Positions 26,685 through 35,829 of a DNA stretch of 64,000 nt are shown here, in pieces; position 1 is the first letter of the stretch; each line of letters begins with the position of its first letter. The position numbers and the translations under genes are program-made. The stretch is from an uncultured Actinomycetes bacterium. Its GTDB lineage: Bacteria; Actinomycetota; CADDZG01; JAHWKV01. The stretch spans positions 86,314-150,313 of the forward strand of contig CAZCSK010000001.1 of NCBI GenBank assembly GCA_964501265.1, read 5' to 3'. The notes below the pieces were generated by a model. That model did no database searches. It saw nothing but the letters and a program-made list of their open reading frames with translations, and was not told the origin of the DNA.

Positions 26685-27787
26685 CGGACCGCCTTTCTTA
26701 GGGCGTCGGCCACCCGCTGCTGCTGTTCGGGCAAGATCTCGGGAAAGAGGGGAAGTGACAGGATCTGGCTCGCGGCCTCTTCGGCGACGGGAAAGTCGCC
26801 TTCTTCGTGGCCGAGACTCTTGAATGCCCCTTGAAGATGAATAGGCACGGGGTAGTGGATTCCCGCTCCGATATCTTGCTCATGAAGCTTCTCAAGAACA
26901 CGGTCACGGTCCGGCACTCGCACTACATAGAGATGCCAGATGTGCTCGTTACCACCGACAACTGATGGCAGGGTCACCTCATCTAAATCTTCGAGAAGCT
27001 CTTCATACTTAGCAGCTGCCACGCGCCGTGCCGCATTCCCGTCTGCGAGCCGCCGCAGCTTCGCACTAAGAACCACTGCCTGAAGGGTGTCGAGACGCGA
27101 GTTATAACCCTCCTGGGGATGCAGGTATTTGACTTCACTTCCGTAGTTTCTAAGAGCCCGTACCTTCGCGGCAACGTCGTCGGAGTTGGTGATGACCGCT
27201 CCAGCGTCGCCGTAAGCCCCTAAGTTTTTGCCTGGGTAAAAGCTAGTTCCGGCTGAGATACCAAATGCGCCCGCGCCAACACCGTTTCGGACAGCGCCCT
27301 GAGCTTGCGCCGCGTCCTCGATGATCAGAACCTGGTCGGAGGCGATCGTTGCGAGATCCTCCATCGGCGCCATCTGCCCGTATAGGTGGACAGGCATGAT
27401 CGCTCTCGTTTGCGGCGTCATCTTCCTCGCCACGTCATCCGAGTCGAGAAGATAGTCATGGGTCACGTCGACGAGGACGGGCCGCGCTCCGGCCCGCATC
27501 ACGGCAAGGGCGCTCGCCACGAAAGAGTTTGTCGGGACAATCACTTCGTCGCCCATGCCAATCCCCGAAGCGCGCAACGCGAGTTCGAGTGCATCCGTTC
27601 CGTTGGCAACACCGATGCAATGCTTGACTCCCGAGAAACTCGCAAACTCAGCCTCGAACTTACCGACTTCCTCGCCGAGGATGAAGGCGGTCCGATCTAA
27701 AACCTTCTCCCAACCGACCGCGACTTCCTTTTCGATCGCTCGATGCTGGGCCCGCAGATCAACGAGAGGAATCGGCGCGTCACTCAA
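26681..27787 (-). CDS. DegT/DnrJ/EryC1/StrS-family PLP-dependent sugar aminotransferase (WbpE-like)
   Basis: 368 aa. The PLP-lysine region …SFYPGKNLGAYGDAGAV… and overall pattern are typical of nucleotide-sugar 3-/4-aminotransferases. Confidence 0.85.
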   Translation of the reverse strand: MSDAPIPLVDLRAQHRAIEKEVAVGWEKVLDRTAFILGEEVGKFEAEFASFSGVKHCIGVANGTDALELALRASGIGMGDEVIVPTNSFVASALAVMRAGARPVLVDVTHDYLLDSDDVARKMTPQTRAIMPVHLYGQMAPMEDLATIASDQVLIIEDAAQAQGAVRNGVGAGAFGISAGTSFYPGKNLGAYGDAGAVITNSDDVAAKVRALRNYGSEVKYLHPQEGYNSRLDTLQAVVLSAKLRRLADGNAARRVAAAKYEELLEDLDEVTLPSVVGGNEHIWHLYVVRVPDRDRVLEKLHEQDIGAGIHYPVPIHLQGAFKSLGHEEGDFPVAEEAASQILSLPLFPEILPEQQQRVADALRKAVR

Positions 27788-28810
27788 TCAAATCACCTGC
27801 TCTTCGCGGCCGCCGCCGCGCGCCGACCTTTCTATCGCTTCTAGCACCCGAACGACAGCAAGCCCTTCACGGCCGCCTGTCAAGGGCTGCTTCCCGAACT
27901 CCACGCACTCGAGGAAGTGATCGCACTCAGCCTGCAGAGGTTCTCCCAACGCGACCTTCGGGATCGTGATGTCGCCCTCTCGAACGCTCGCGCGAAATGA
28001 CGCAAAAGTGTCGACGTAGCTCGGGACTATACGATCTTCCGCCACACCCTTGTCGTATATGCGAAGCGGTTCGCTCAAGTTCATATCGTCGAGGGTCAGC
28101 ATGCGTCTTTCTCCGACGACGGTAATGTCGCGGGCCTTGCGCGGGTTCAACCAGGACGCATGAAGGTTGACGAGAACTTCGTCGGGATACCGGAGCGTGA
28201 TGAACAGGGCGTCTTCTATTCCTTTGTTGATCCAGTTGCCCCCGATAGCCGACGCACTAAGCGGACCCGAGTTGAGCCAGTAGTTCGCGATCGAGACGTC
28301 GTGCGACGCGAGGTCCCAGGCAGCGCTAACGTCGACCCTGATTGGCCCCAAATTGGTCCGGACCATTGATACGTAATAGACATTGCCTAGATCCCCTTCG
28401 TCGAGGAACCTCTTGACGGCTTGAACACCCGCGTTATAAACGAACACGTGCCCGACCATCAGGATCAGCTTGTTCCGTTCGGCCACCGCACAAAGATCTT
28501 CGGCGTGTGCCGTGCTGTTGGTGATCGGTTTTTCCACAAGAACGTTCTTTCCAGATTCAAGCGCACTCTTCGCCAACTCATAGTGCGTGCTGGTGGGCGT
28601 CGCCACGACAACCGCTGTTACGCTCTCGTCGTCAAGGGCAGAAGAAGCATCTGTTCCCACCTGGATTTCGGGGAACCGAGCCGCCACCTGATCGAGACGA
28701 GTTCGATCGGTATCGATCACCCAAGCGACGCTGCTCTTCGGAGGATTGTGGAAGTTGCGGATCAGGTTCGGCCCCCAATGGCCCGCGCCGATCATGGCTA
28801 GTTTGATCAC
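27788..28810 (-). CDS. Gfo/Idh/MocA-family NAD-dependent sugar oxidoreductase (WbpB-like)
   Basis: MIKLAMIGAGHWGPNLIRNF… N-terminal Rossmann fold, …EKPITNS… motif and a C-terminal alpha/beta domain. Confidence 0.8.
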   Translation of the reverse strand: MIKLAMIGAGHWGPNLIRNFHNPPKSSVAWVIDTDRTRLDQVAARFPEIQVGTDASSALDDESVTAVVVATPTSTHYELAKSALESGKNVLVEKPITNSTAHAEDLCAVAERNKLILMVGHVFVYNAGVQAVKRFLDEGDLGNVYYVSMVRTNLGPIRVDVSAAWDLASHDVSIANYWLNSGPLSASAIGGNWINKGIEDALFITLRYPDEVLVNLHASWLNPRKARDITVVGERRMLTLDDMNLSEPLRIYDKGVAEDRIVPSYVDTFASFRASVREGDITIPKVALGEPLQAECDHFLECVEFGKQPLTGGREGLAVVRVLEAIERSARGGGREEQVI

Positions 28811-28833
28811 TTCGGAATCCTACTCATTGCAGG

Positions 28834-29556
28834 TCAACGCTTTATTCTTAAGCCCACGTACACGAGCGGGCGCAGTATCGACCACCACCCCACAATCGGC
28901 TTCATCTTGGTCTGGCCGAGATGCTTGGGCGGGTAGATCTTGGTGACCGGCGCCTCTGCGGTCCGGTAGCCCAACTTGATTACCTTCAAGTACAGGTAGG
29001 GCTCCAACTCATACTCGTCCAGCCAACTTTGCGCCAGGTCGATGCGAGCATCTTTAAAGACCGACATCCGGATCGCGCGGAATCCGTTTGTGGAATCGGT
29101 CACGCGGCGACGTGCAACAAGGGAGAAAAGTAGAGGGTGAAGACGCGTGGCCAACTTGCGGTAGGCAGGCATAGGACCCAAGTTCAGTTCTTCCTTTAGA
29201 AAACGTGACCCTTGCACGAAGTCTGCACGGTCGGATGCGATGGGTTCAAGAAGATCGGGGATCTCCTGCGGTTCGTCCTTGTTGTTCCCTGCCATGACCA
29301 CCGCAACGTCGTACCCCCTTTCGAGACCGTATTGATATCCGCGCCGCAACGCTGCGCCGACTCCGACGGTTTTGCCCAGTTCCAGAACGGTCGCACCTCC
29401 GGCTCTGGCAACTTCCGCTGAGCGGTCGGTTGATCCGTCGTCCACCACCAGCAGTTCGTCGACGACGTCGCGTGGAGTACGACGGACGACTTCTCCGATC
29501 TTTTCCTGCTCGTCGAGAACTGGAACGATTGCCAACACCCTCAGCCCTTTATACAC
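28834..29556 (-). CDS. GT2 glycosyltransferase, polyprenyl-phosphate sugar synthase-like (Dpm1-like)
   Basis: …RVLAIVPVLDEQEKIGEVV…LVVDDGSTDRS… Small GT2 (240 aa), GTG start at 29556. Divergent from a GT-C-like membrane gene. Confidence 0.75.
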   Translation of the reverse strand: MYKGLRVLAIVPVLDEQEKIGEVVRRTPRDVVDELLVVDDGSTDRSAEVARAGGATVLELGKTVGVGAALRRGYQYGLERGYDVAVVMAGNNKDEPQEIPDLLEPIASDRADFVQGSRFLKEELNLGPMPAYRKLATRLHPLLFSLVARRRVTDSTNGFRAIRMSVFKDARIDLAQSWLDEYELEPYLYLKVIKLGYRTAEAPVTKIYPPKHLGQTKMKPIVGWWSILRPLVYVGLRIKR

Positions 29557-29589
29557 AGCTGTTTCCAGGATCTCTTCCCGCAGTCCGGG

Positions 29590-29616
29590 CTCAACGGACG
29601 GTAGATTAGCGCCGTG
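29590..29616 (+). promoter_or_regulatory. Putative leaderless-type promoter: -10 TAGATT, 6-nt spacer, GTG start codon
   Basis: cggTAGATTagcgccGTG read directly. The same arrangement and flanking sequence recur at 35803-35829. Confidence 0.4.
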
Positions 29617-31239
29617 GAGACAAGCTCCAAGAAGGGGTTCGGGATGTCAGACATCGGCATCAGAATACCGGATGCAGACAGGCACCGGCGCAAGATCGTC
29701 GCCGGGTTCTTCGCGCTACTGCTACTTCTCGGGGTTGCGATCTTCAACGACTTCGGAGTCTCCTGGGACGAGCCGGATTACTATCGCTACGGCCACCTCG
29801 TTCTGGATTTCTTCACCGGTGGGGGTCGGCAGTTCGAGACTTTTCTGAACCTCAGGCTCTACGGACCGGTCGTCCCAGTGGTCCAGGCAATCGTCGCAAA
29901 TGTGTTTGATCTCTCGCCCGGACAAGCCTTTCCCGGGGCTCACCTGGTTAACTACATCATCTTCTTGGCCGGGGCAGTTGCCTTCTACCACCTGTGCCTT
30001 CTGCAATTCGAAAGCTGGAGATGGGCACTTTTGGCTACTGCGATGCTCTTCTTGTCGCCTCGCATCTTCTCGCACGCATTCGTCAATCCAAAAGACGGAC
30101 CCTTTCTTGCCCTGTTTACGATCAACATCTACTTGCTGGTTCTCTTCCTCGAGAAACGCAAACTATTCCTCATTCCTCTGCTTGGCCTAACCACTGCGCT
30201 TCTAATCGATATTCGAGTAGCAGGGTTCCTAATTCCGGCCCTCGTGACGGTTGCGCTCGCGGCCGACGCGCTCACTGCGTCCGGTCGCCGTTTCCTGAAA
30301 TCGCTCTTGCCTCATCTCGGCCTCTACTTACTCGTGGTGGTCCCGACGGCGTTGGCGTTGTGGCCGTTTCTCTGGCCCAACCCGATTGGCCGGTTGGGCG
30401 AGTCGATGAGTTTGATGAGCAACTTCGTAGGGGGCCCCGTCGTCGCCGTTTACATGGGAATGGCACACGAGACGACCAGCCTGCCCTGGCATTACCTGCC
30501 GGTCTGGATTGGGATCACCACGCCCCCTGCTTACCTGGTGCTGGCTTCGGTCGGCCTTGTCTCGGGCTTGTGGCGAAATCCCATCGCGGCCTTTCGGACA
30601 CATTCGAAGGACCGTCATTTCTTCCTGTACGCGGCCTGGCTCCTTGCGGTTCCCTTGGCCATCATTGTCAGCGGAGCAAATCTTTACGACGAGTGGCGTC
30701 AGGTTAATTTCATCTATCCCGCGATGCTGATATTTGCCATCGCCGGTGCGAGATCGATCTACCTGCGTCTTGGCCGACAGAGGAACGTTGGACATCTTTT
30801 GCGCGTCGGGTTTGCGGCGGGCCTGGTAATCGTTATGGCATCCGTGGGGGTTCGCATGATTTCGCTGCACCCCTACGAGGCTCTCTACTTCAACTCACTC
30901 GCAAGGGGAGGAGATCGCGTGGAGAACAATTTCGAACTCGACTACTGGGGCATCTCATACAAGGAAGGACTCTCCTACCTGCTATCGCATTATCCTGGAC
31001 AACTCAAGGTTTATGGCTGCACAGCTCCTGCGGCCCACAACTCAATCTTGTTCGAAGATCGCGCGCGGCTCGAGTTCGTTTCGAAAGAAGATGCCGAATT
31101 CGGGCTGTGCGCCCCTCGGGAGTATTTCCTCGGATATGGGGGGGGCCGGGATGTGTATCTTTCGGAGTATCCGACGCTTTACAGCGTCGAGCGCGACGGA
31201 GCGACGTTCCTCTACGTGAAGGATCTAAGGGGCGCCTGA
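29614..31239 (+). CDS. Polytopic membrane protein, GT-C fold, GT39/ArnT/PMT-like (putative polyprenyl-P-sugar dependent glycosyltransferase)
   Basis: METSSKKGFGMSDIG…; ~11 TM helices and an acidic first extracytoplasmic loop (…VSWDEPDYY…) reminiscent of GT-C DE/DD motifs. Confidence 0.55.
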   Translation: METSSKKGFGMSDIGIRIPDADRHRRKIVAGFFALLLLLGVAIFNDFGVSWDEPDYYRYGHLVLDFFTGGGRQFETFLNLRLYGPVVPVVQAIVANVFDLSPGQAFPGAHLVNYIIFLAGAVAFYHLCLLQFESWRWALLATAMLFLSPRIFSHAFVNPKDGPFLALFTINIYLLVLFLEKRKLFLIPLLGLTTALLIDIRVAGFLIPALVTVALAADALTASGRRFLKSLLPHLGLYLLVVVPTALALWPFLWPNPIGRLGESMSLMSNFVGGPVVAVYMGMAHETTSLPWHYLPVWIGITTPPAYLVLASVGLVSGLWRNPIAAFRTHSKDRHFFLYAAWLLAVPLAIIVSGANLYDEWRQVNFIYPAMLIFAIAGARSIYLRLGRQRNVGHLLRVGFAAGLVIVMASVGVRMISLHPYEALYFNSLARGGDRVENNFELDYWGISYKEGLSYLLSHYPGQLKVYGCTAPAAHNSILFEDRARLEFVSKEDAEFGLCAPREYFLGYGGGRDVYLSEYPTLYSVERDGATFLYVKDLRGA

Positions 31240-31267
31240 GCGAGCACTAGAGCAAGCGCGGATTCGC

Positions 31268-33316
31268 TCATGTTGAGCGCCCTGTCTCCCGTTTGAATCG
31301 ATGCGCGAACCGCTTAAGGAACCGCTCGTACGGGAGTAGAAGGATGAGGCCCCCGAGGGCCGACAGAACGCGGGCTACCCTAACTTGCCACGGGAGCTCG
31401 TACGTCACCTGGAGAAGATGGCTTCCTGTGGGAACCCGCACGAGCATCTGGTCGAATTCGTCGGGCCGAGTTGCCAGTGGGCGGCCATCAAGAGAGGCCG
31501 TCCAGTACGGCGATTCGATCACCCGAACAAGAATAGTGGCCCGCACCTTTGCATCGATCCGCGCCGCGAACGACTTGGCACCTGAAGAGAGCAAAGTTAC
31601 TTCGGCTGAGTCGATTGCAACGATCCTTCCGGGTTTCGCCGGCAGAAACCGGAAAACGGCCAGGTCGTCGAATCGCGCCTGCTGACTGAACAAGTTAGGG
31701 AGCCGAGACATCACCTGGAACGGTAGACGGTTGCCCTCTGCAACAATCTCGGCCGCGCCCACAGTCTCGAGGTAGCCGGCAAGACGATTCGCCGCTGCAT
31801 CCAACGTCATCACGTCCGCCCAAGAGATCCCAAAGATAGACCTGTGATCGAAGTCGTTGGCAAAGTCTCGTACCGTATCGGCCCCTGGGCCGTACATCAG
31901 ATAGGCCTGCATCGGGCTCGGATGAGTCGACGTTCCTCCGATGAACTCTCGCTCAGCGAAGACACCGGTGAGCCCGAAGATGTGCGTAGCGCCGCTTCCG
32001 TACGTCGAACTCGTGAACACCACACGTCCGGAATGACCCGCAAGATATGCCCATAGATGCCCGACGGCTCCCTCTTTTGGACCTTCCAGTCGCAGAGCAA
32101 ATCTCTCCTCAGGGCCTAGCACCGAATGCTCCGCCACTATCCATCCCAATCCCAGTAACCCAACGAGGATGGGAGACAGAGCGCGCGTCCAGCGCAGACG
32201 AGGCAATGCCTCGATCCACAACACCGACATCACCGCGAACCAGAAGAAGATGTCGTCGAGGACTCGGTAAGGGTCGAAGTACGAGATGCGGAGGGGGCCC
32301 GCGATCAACATCATGAATGCCACCAGGAGAAGGAGCGGACCCGCCGCTTTGAACAAGACGAACCGTGGATCTTTCAAGCGGCCTCGCGCCAGTAGAAATC
32401 CCCCCGCAACCGCTGCGCAAATAAGCCACCAATCCCAGCCCCGGCTGTGTGGTGGATTCAAGAGAGATTGGAGCAGGTTCTTGCCCCACAGAAACGGGAT
32501 GGTCTCCCGGCGCATCAGTAGGAGTCCGGCCCACCAGACTCCGGCGAGAAACACGCCAGCTGCAAGTCCCGTCCATGCGCGAATTACGCCGCCCTTGCGA
32601 TCGCGGTTCAGCCCCCAAGCAGCCGCCGCAGCTACGACGAGGGTCGCTGGAAAGTGATACGGGTGACTCAGGATTAACGCCACTGCCGACGTCGCCAGTG
32701 TCAAGGTCCACAGACCGCGCCTTGCGGTCGCGCCCGAGGCTATCTTGGCGAACGCAACTACAACCACGGGCGCGATCGCCAGAGAAAGCCTCGAGCCGAG
32801 CGTGCCGTACCCGGCCCCGACAACCGTCCCTGACACGCCGAAGGCCATGTAGCCCGCAACAACTCCGGCAAGGGCCGCCACGTGCGGACGGACGTTAAGG
32901 AAAATGAGCGACAGCGTCACGGTAAGAGCCGGAGCGAGATAGACGATAACGACGAGGAGCCAATAGGCTCGCTCGTCATTTAGACCCAAGACCAGTCCGA
33001 GAGCCCCTCCTAGCAACGACGGCCCCGGCGGATAGAACTGAAGGTCGGGGTAGCCGCCGAAGATCTCCTGCACCCAACCAAATGGGTCCCTGCCGTCCAC
33101 GATCATCTGTCGTGCGTTGATCATCCGCGCAAGCCGGTCGGGATGGTCCGAAAGAGCAAAGGCCCCTTCAGACAGCAGCCCCTTCGCGGCTAGAAGCATT
33201 ACAGCCAGCGGCACGAAAACCCAGACGGACGCCCACAGGCGTCGGCGCAGGTGATGGTTCAAGATCTCTTCAGGCCCTGAGCGCTCCTTTGGCCCTCGTC
33301 TTTCACTGCAACGCAC
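31268..33316 (-). CDS. Large polytopic membrane protein with C-terminal extracytoplasmic domain (GT-C-like / polymerase-like), function unknown
   Basis: 682-aa ORF with >10 hydrophobic helices in the N-terminal 400 aa and a soluble C-terminal ~250 aa. Start uncertain; the ORF-track start overlaps the upstream gene by 58 nt. Confidence 0.5.
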   Translation of the reverse strand: MRCSERRGPKERSGPEEILNHHLRRRLWASVWVFVPLAVMLLAAKGLLSEGAFALSDHPDRLARMINARQMIVDGRDPFGWVQEIFGGYPDLQFYPPGPSLLGGALGLVLGLNDERAYWLLVVIVYLAPALTVTLSLIFLNVRPHVAALAGVVAGYMAFGVSGTVVGAGYGTLGSRLSLAIAPVVVVAFAKIASGATARRGLWTLTLATSAVALILSHPYHFPATLVVAAAAAWGLNRDRKGGVIRAWTGLAAGVFLAGVWWAGLLLMRRETIPFLWGKNLLQSLLNPPHSRGWDWWLICAAVAGGFLLARGRLKDPRFVLFKAAGPLLLLVAFMMLIAGPLRISYFDPYRVLDDIFFWFAVMSVLWIEALPRLRWTRALSPILVGLLGLGWIVAEHSVLGPEERFALRLEGPKEGAVGHLWAYLAGHSGRVVFTSSTYGSGATHIFGLTGVFAEREFIGGTSTHPSPMQAYLMYGPGADTVRDFANDFDHRSIFGISWADVMTLDAAANRLAGYLETVGAAEIVAEGNRLPFQVMSRLPNLFSQQARFDDLAVFRFLPAKPGRIVAIDSAEVTLLSSGAKSFAARIDAKVRATILVRVIESPYWTASLDGRPLATRPDEFDQMLVRVPTGSHLLQVTYELPWQVRVARVLSALGGLILLLPYERFLKRFAHRFKRETGRST

Positions 33317-34785
33317 AGGATCGAAGTCCCCACCGGAAGCGACACGAGCGCTATGAGGACGCGCTCCAAACGCGTGAGAACAAGCGCGGCGCGGTCGAGA
33401 AACGGCGATGACTTATCGAGACCGAGCTTGCTGCGTGCATCACCGGGCCGCCGCCTGCTCGCCCATACGAATGGCGTGAGCCAGCTGAATATGTGGCTGA
33501 TAAACAGAACGCGGAACCCGCTCTCGGCAAGTTCTCGACGCAAGCTATTTTTGCTGTAACGGCGGTGATGACCGAGAAGTTCATCGGCCGAGCTCCAAAG
33601 CCATTGATGAGCAGGAACGGTGACTATCAAGCGACCGCCGGGCTCGAGGATGCGACGAGCTTCTCGCAAAACCTCGTCCGGATTTTCGACGTGCTCTATA
33701 ACGTCGAGAAGGCATGCATTTGAGATGAACCCATCGGGAATGGCGACGCGGTGGATGTCGCCGACAAATCCCGACAGCGCGTGCCTGTCGCGCGCACGCT
33801 TGGCAAGTTCGTGCGATCCCTCAACGATAAAAAGGTGCTCTGGGGGCCAACCAAGCATGGCGGTCACTCCACCCGCACCTGCGCCAAGGTCCACGAGCCA
33901 AGAAGATCCTTTGCCCCAACGTCTCAGAGCCCAGGAGACGAAGGCCGCCTTGCTTCGGAACCACCAGTGGCGAGCGTCGGCGTCCATCAGCGCCTCGGCA
34001 TTTGCTGCGTCAAAGATTCCATCCGCTTGGGGGATCGGTGGATTCTGCTTTCGCAACGCCCTCACCCTTAGCGCGATTCTTGGAATAGCCAAGACCATGT
34101 TCATACCGTCTCTAAAGACGCGCACACGGGATCTTTCGTCGTGACGCCAGGAGATGGCGATCTCTTCTACACCGATGTCGAGAGCGCGCGCGAGGGCGAC
34201 AATTTCTACATCCCATGCGAAGCCGACTTCGGTTGAGGCAGGGAGGATCTTTTTCCACGTCTGCGTTGAGGCAGCCTTGGCTCCACACTGAGTGTCGACG
34301 ATCCCGGGCGTCAACACGAGCTGCACGAGACGGTTGTAGGCGCGCCCAAGAAGTTCCCGCATTCGATTCTCATGGCGAAGCAATTCGGAGCCAGCGAGAT
34401 CCCTCGATCCGATGACCAACTCATGACCCCTTTGTGCTGCCTTCAGAATGACTTCGAGGTCGTGGAGCGGCGTGGCCAGGTCGACATCACAAAATCCGGC
34501 GAGATCGGTCCGCGCGCTCAACAACCCGGCAGTGATCGCGGCGCCTTTGCCGTAGTGCCCTGCGCGGATTAGACGGCCCGGTACATGAAGGTTGTTGAGC
34601 AGAAACTTCTCGACGCGCTGCGAGGTTTCATCGGCGCTGCCGTCGTCCACAAAAATTAGCTCACTACCCTCGGGCATCGAGACGATGAATGCGGCGAGTT
34701 CCTCTGCAGACTCTTCGAACCGCTCTTCTTCGTTAAATAGGGGAACCACTAGCGAAACGGTCTTCACAACACGCGAGCCAGTCAT
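33259..34785 (-). CDS. Bifunctional GT2 glycosyltransferase (N-terminal, Dpm1-like) / class I SAM methyltransferase (C-terminal) fusion
   Basis: N-terminus VSLVVPLFNEEERFEES…IFVDDGSADET…; C-terminus …LVDLGAGAGGVTAML… followed by …ILEPGGRLIVTVP…. Confidence 0.7.
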   Translation of the reverse strand: MTGSRVVKTVSLVVPLFNEEERFEESAEELAAFIVSMPEGSELIFVDDGSADETSQRVEKFLLNNLHVPGRLIRAGHYGKGAAITAGLLSARTDLAGFCDVDLATPLHDLEVILKAAQRGHELVIGSRDLAGSELLRHENRMRELLGRAYNRLVQLVLTPGIVDTQCGAKAASTQTWKKILPASTEVGFAWDVEIVALARALDIGVEEIAISWRHDERSRVRVFRDGMNMVLAIPRIALRVRALRKQNPPIPQADGIFDAANAEALMDADARHWWFRSKAAFVSWALRRWGKGSSWLVDLGAGAGGVTAMLGWPPEHLFIVEGSHELAKRARDRHALSGFVGDIHRVAIPDGFISNACLLDVIEHVENPDEVLREARRILEPGGRLIVTVPAHQWLWSSADELLGHHRRYSKNSLRRELAESGFRVLFISHIFSWLTPFVWASRRRPGDARSKLGLDKSSPFLDRAALVLTRLERVLIALVSLPVGTSILCVAVKDEGQRSAQGLKRS

Positions 34786-35723
34786 CGTGACCGTTTCCCC
34801 ATCTCACTTGGATATTTCCCGTTGTTGAACTGAGCAAATCTCTCGCGTAAGGGCTCCCTCAACAGGCGGTCCATCTTTGCCGTTAACGATTCGCGCACCA
34901 TCCGGCGGCGGCACACAAAGAACGAATGCATGACGGGGACCACTCCTTCGAGAGTGAGTCGATCGTCCAGTGCTAGCAGATAAGCAAGAGCCTTGTTCGC
35001 CTCTTCGTCCTGCCTGGCGAACTCTTCTATGTTGTTCCAAAGTATCTGATAGCCGATGCCGCCGCCCAGATCTTTGCGTTCGACAAAGTCGAAGTAGTGC
35101 CCGATGGCGCGAAACAGTTCAGCAGAATGAACTGCCTCAGTTGGCTCCCAGGCCAGCAGGTGGCGAAGAGCGGGGCGAAGCGGGTGAGATGTTCTGAAAC
35201 GCTCGGGCAGCCCGGCATTCGCCTCTTCCATAGCAGCCGCGTGGCGATCGGAGTACTGATTCCGGCTGGGCCCAACATACTCCCAGTTAACAAAGAGCCC
35301 CTCGGGGGTCAAGCAGGTTGAGAGGACGCGAGTGATCCTGTAGAGGTACTGAGCATGGTGCAACGCCGCCACGTTCACTATTAGGTCGTAACTCTTGCGT
35401 GGGGAGAATGACCGAAAGTCCGACTTGAAGTAAGAGATGGGGCGATCCTTCCTAAGCTCTTTCGCCTCCTCTAGATAGGAGGGAGACACATCGAAGGCAT
35501 CGATGTGTGCTGCGATCCCTCGATCGATTAGATCGCGATCCACCCATCCATTCCCGCAGCCGATTACTAGTGCCTGATCGAGTGGCGGTGTTGCGTAACG
35601 CACCTTGAAGTAGTCCATCCACCAGACGTTGGAGTCGCCCGTGGCCTTACGACATAGATGGGCCAACACGCCCGGCAACTCATTCCAATACTTGTCGACA
35701 TAGTGGCTGAGGGCGTCAGCCAT
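34782..35723 (-). CDS. Class I SAM-dependent methyltransferase
   Basis: …ALVIGCGNGWVDRDL…AFDVSPSYLEEA…; ATGA overlap with the upstream gene. Confidence 0.65.
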   Translation of the reverse strand: MADALSHYVDKYWNELPGVLAHLCRKATGDSNVWWMDYFKVRYATPPLDQALVIGCGNGWVDRDLIDRGIAAHIDAFDVSPSYLEEAKELRKDRPISYFKSDFRSFSPRKSYDLIVNVAALHHAQYLYRITRVLSTCLTPEGLFVNWEYVGPSRNQYSDRHAAAMEEANAGLPERFRTSHPLRPALRHLLAWEPTEAVHSAELFRAIGHYFDFVERKDLGGGIGYQILWNNIEEFARQDEEANKALAYLLALDDRLTLEGVVPVMHSFFVCRRRMVRESLTAKMDRLLREPLRERFAQFNNGKYPSEMGKRSR

Positions 35724-35800
35724 CGAGGATTGCCAGAACTGGAACGAATGCCACCACCTTCATCCCTTTGTACACGGCTGCTGTCTCTTCCCGTAGGCCG
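35716..35800 (-). pseudogene. Remnant 5' end of a Dpm1-like GT2 gene (≈20 codons) retained within a duplicated promoter cassette
   Basis: The reverse strand encodes …REETAAVYKGMKVVAFVPVLAILDG*, parallel to the N-terminus (LREEILETA)VYKGLRVLAIVPVLDEQ of the intact GT2 at 28834..29556. The surrounding ~115 nt are ~80-85% identical to 29521-29635. The rest of ORF-track entry 35716..36045 has no GT2 continuity. Confidence 0.4.
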
Positions 35801-35802
35801 GG

Positions 35803-35829
35803 CCCGGTGAGCGGTAGATTGAGACCGTG
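35803..35829 (+). promoter_or_regulatory. Second copy of the TAGATT-N6-GTG leaderless-type promoter
   Basis: gcggTAGATTgagaccGTG. The flanking ~60 nt are conserved with 29560-29616. Confidence 0.4.
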
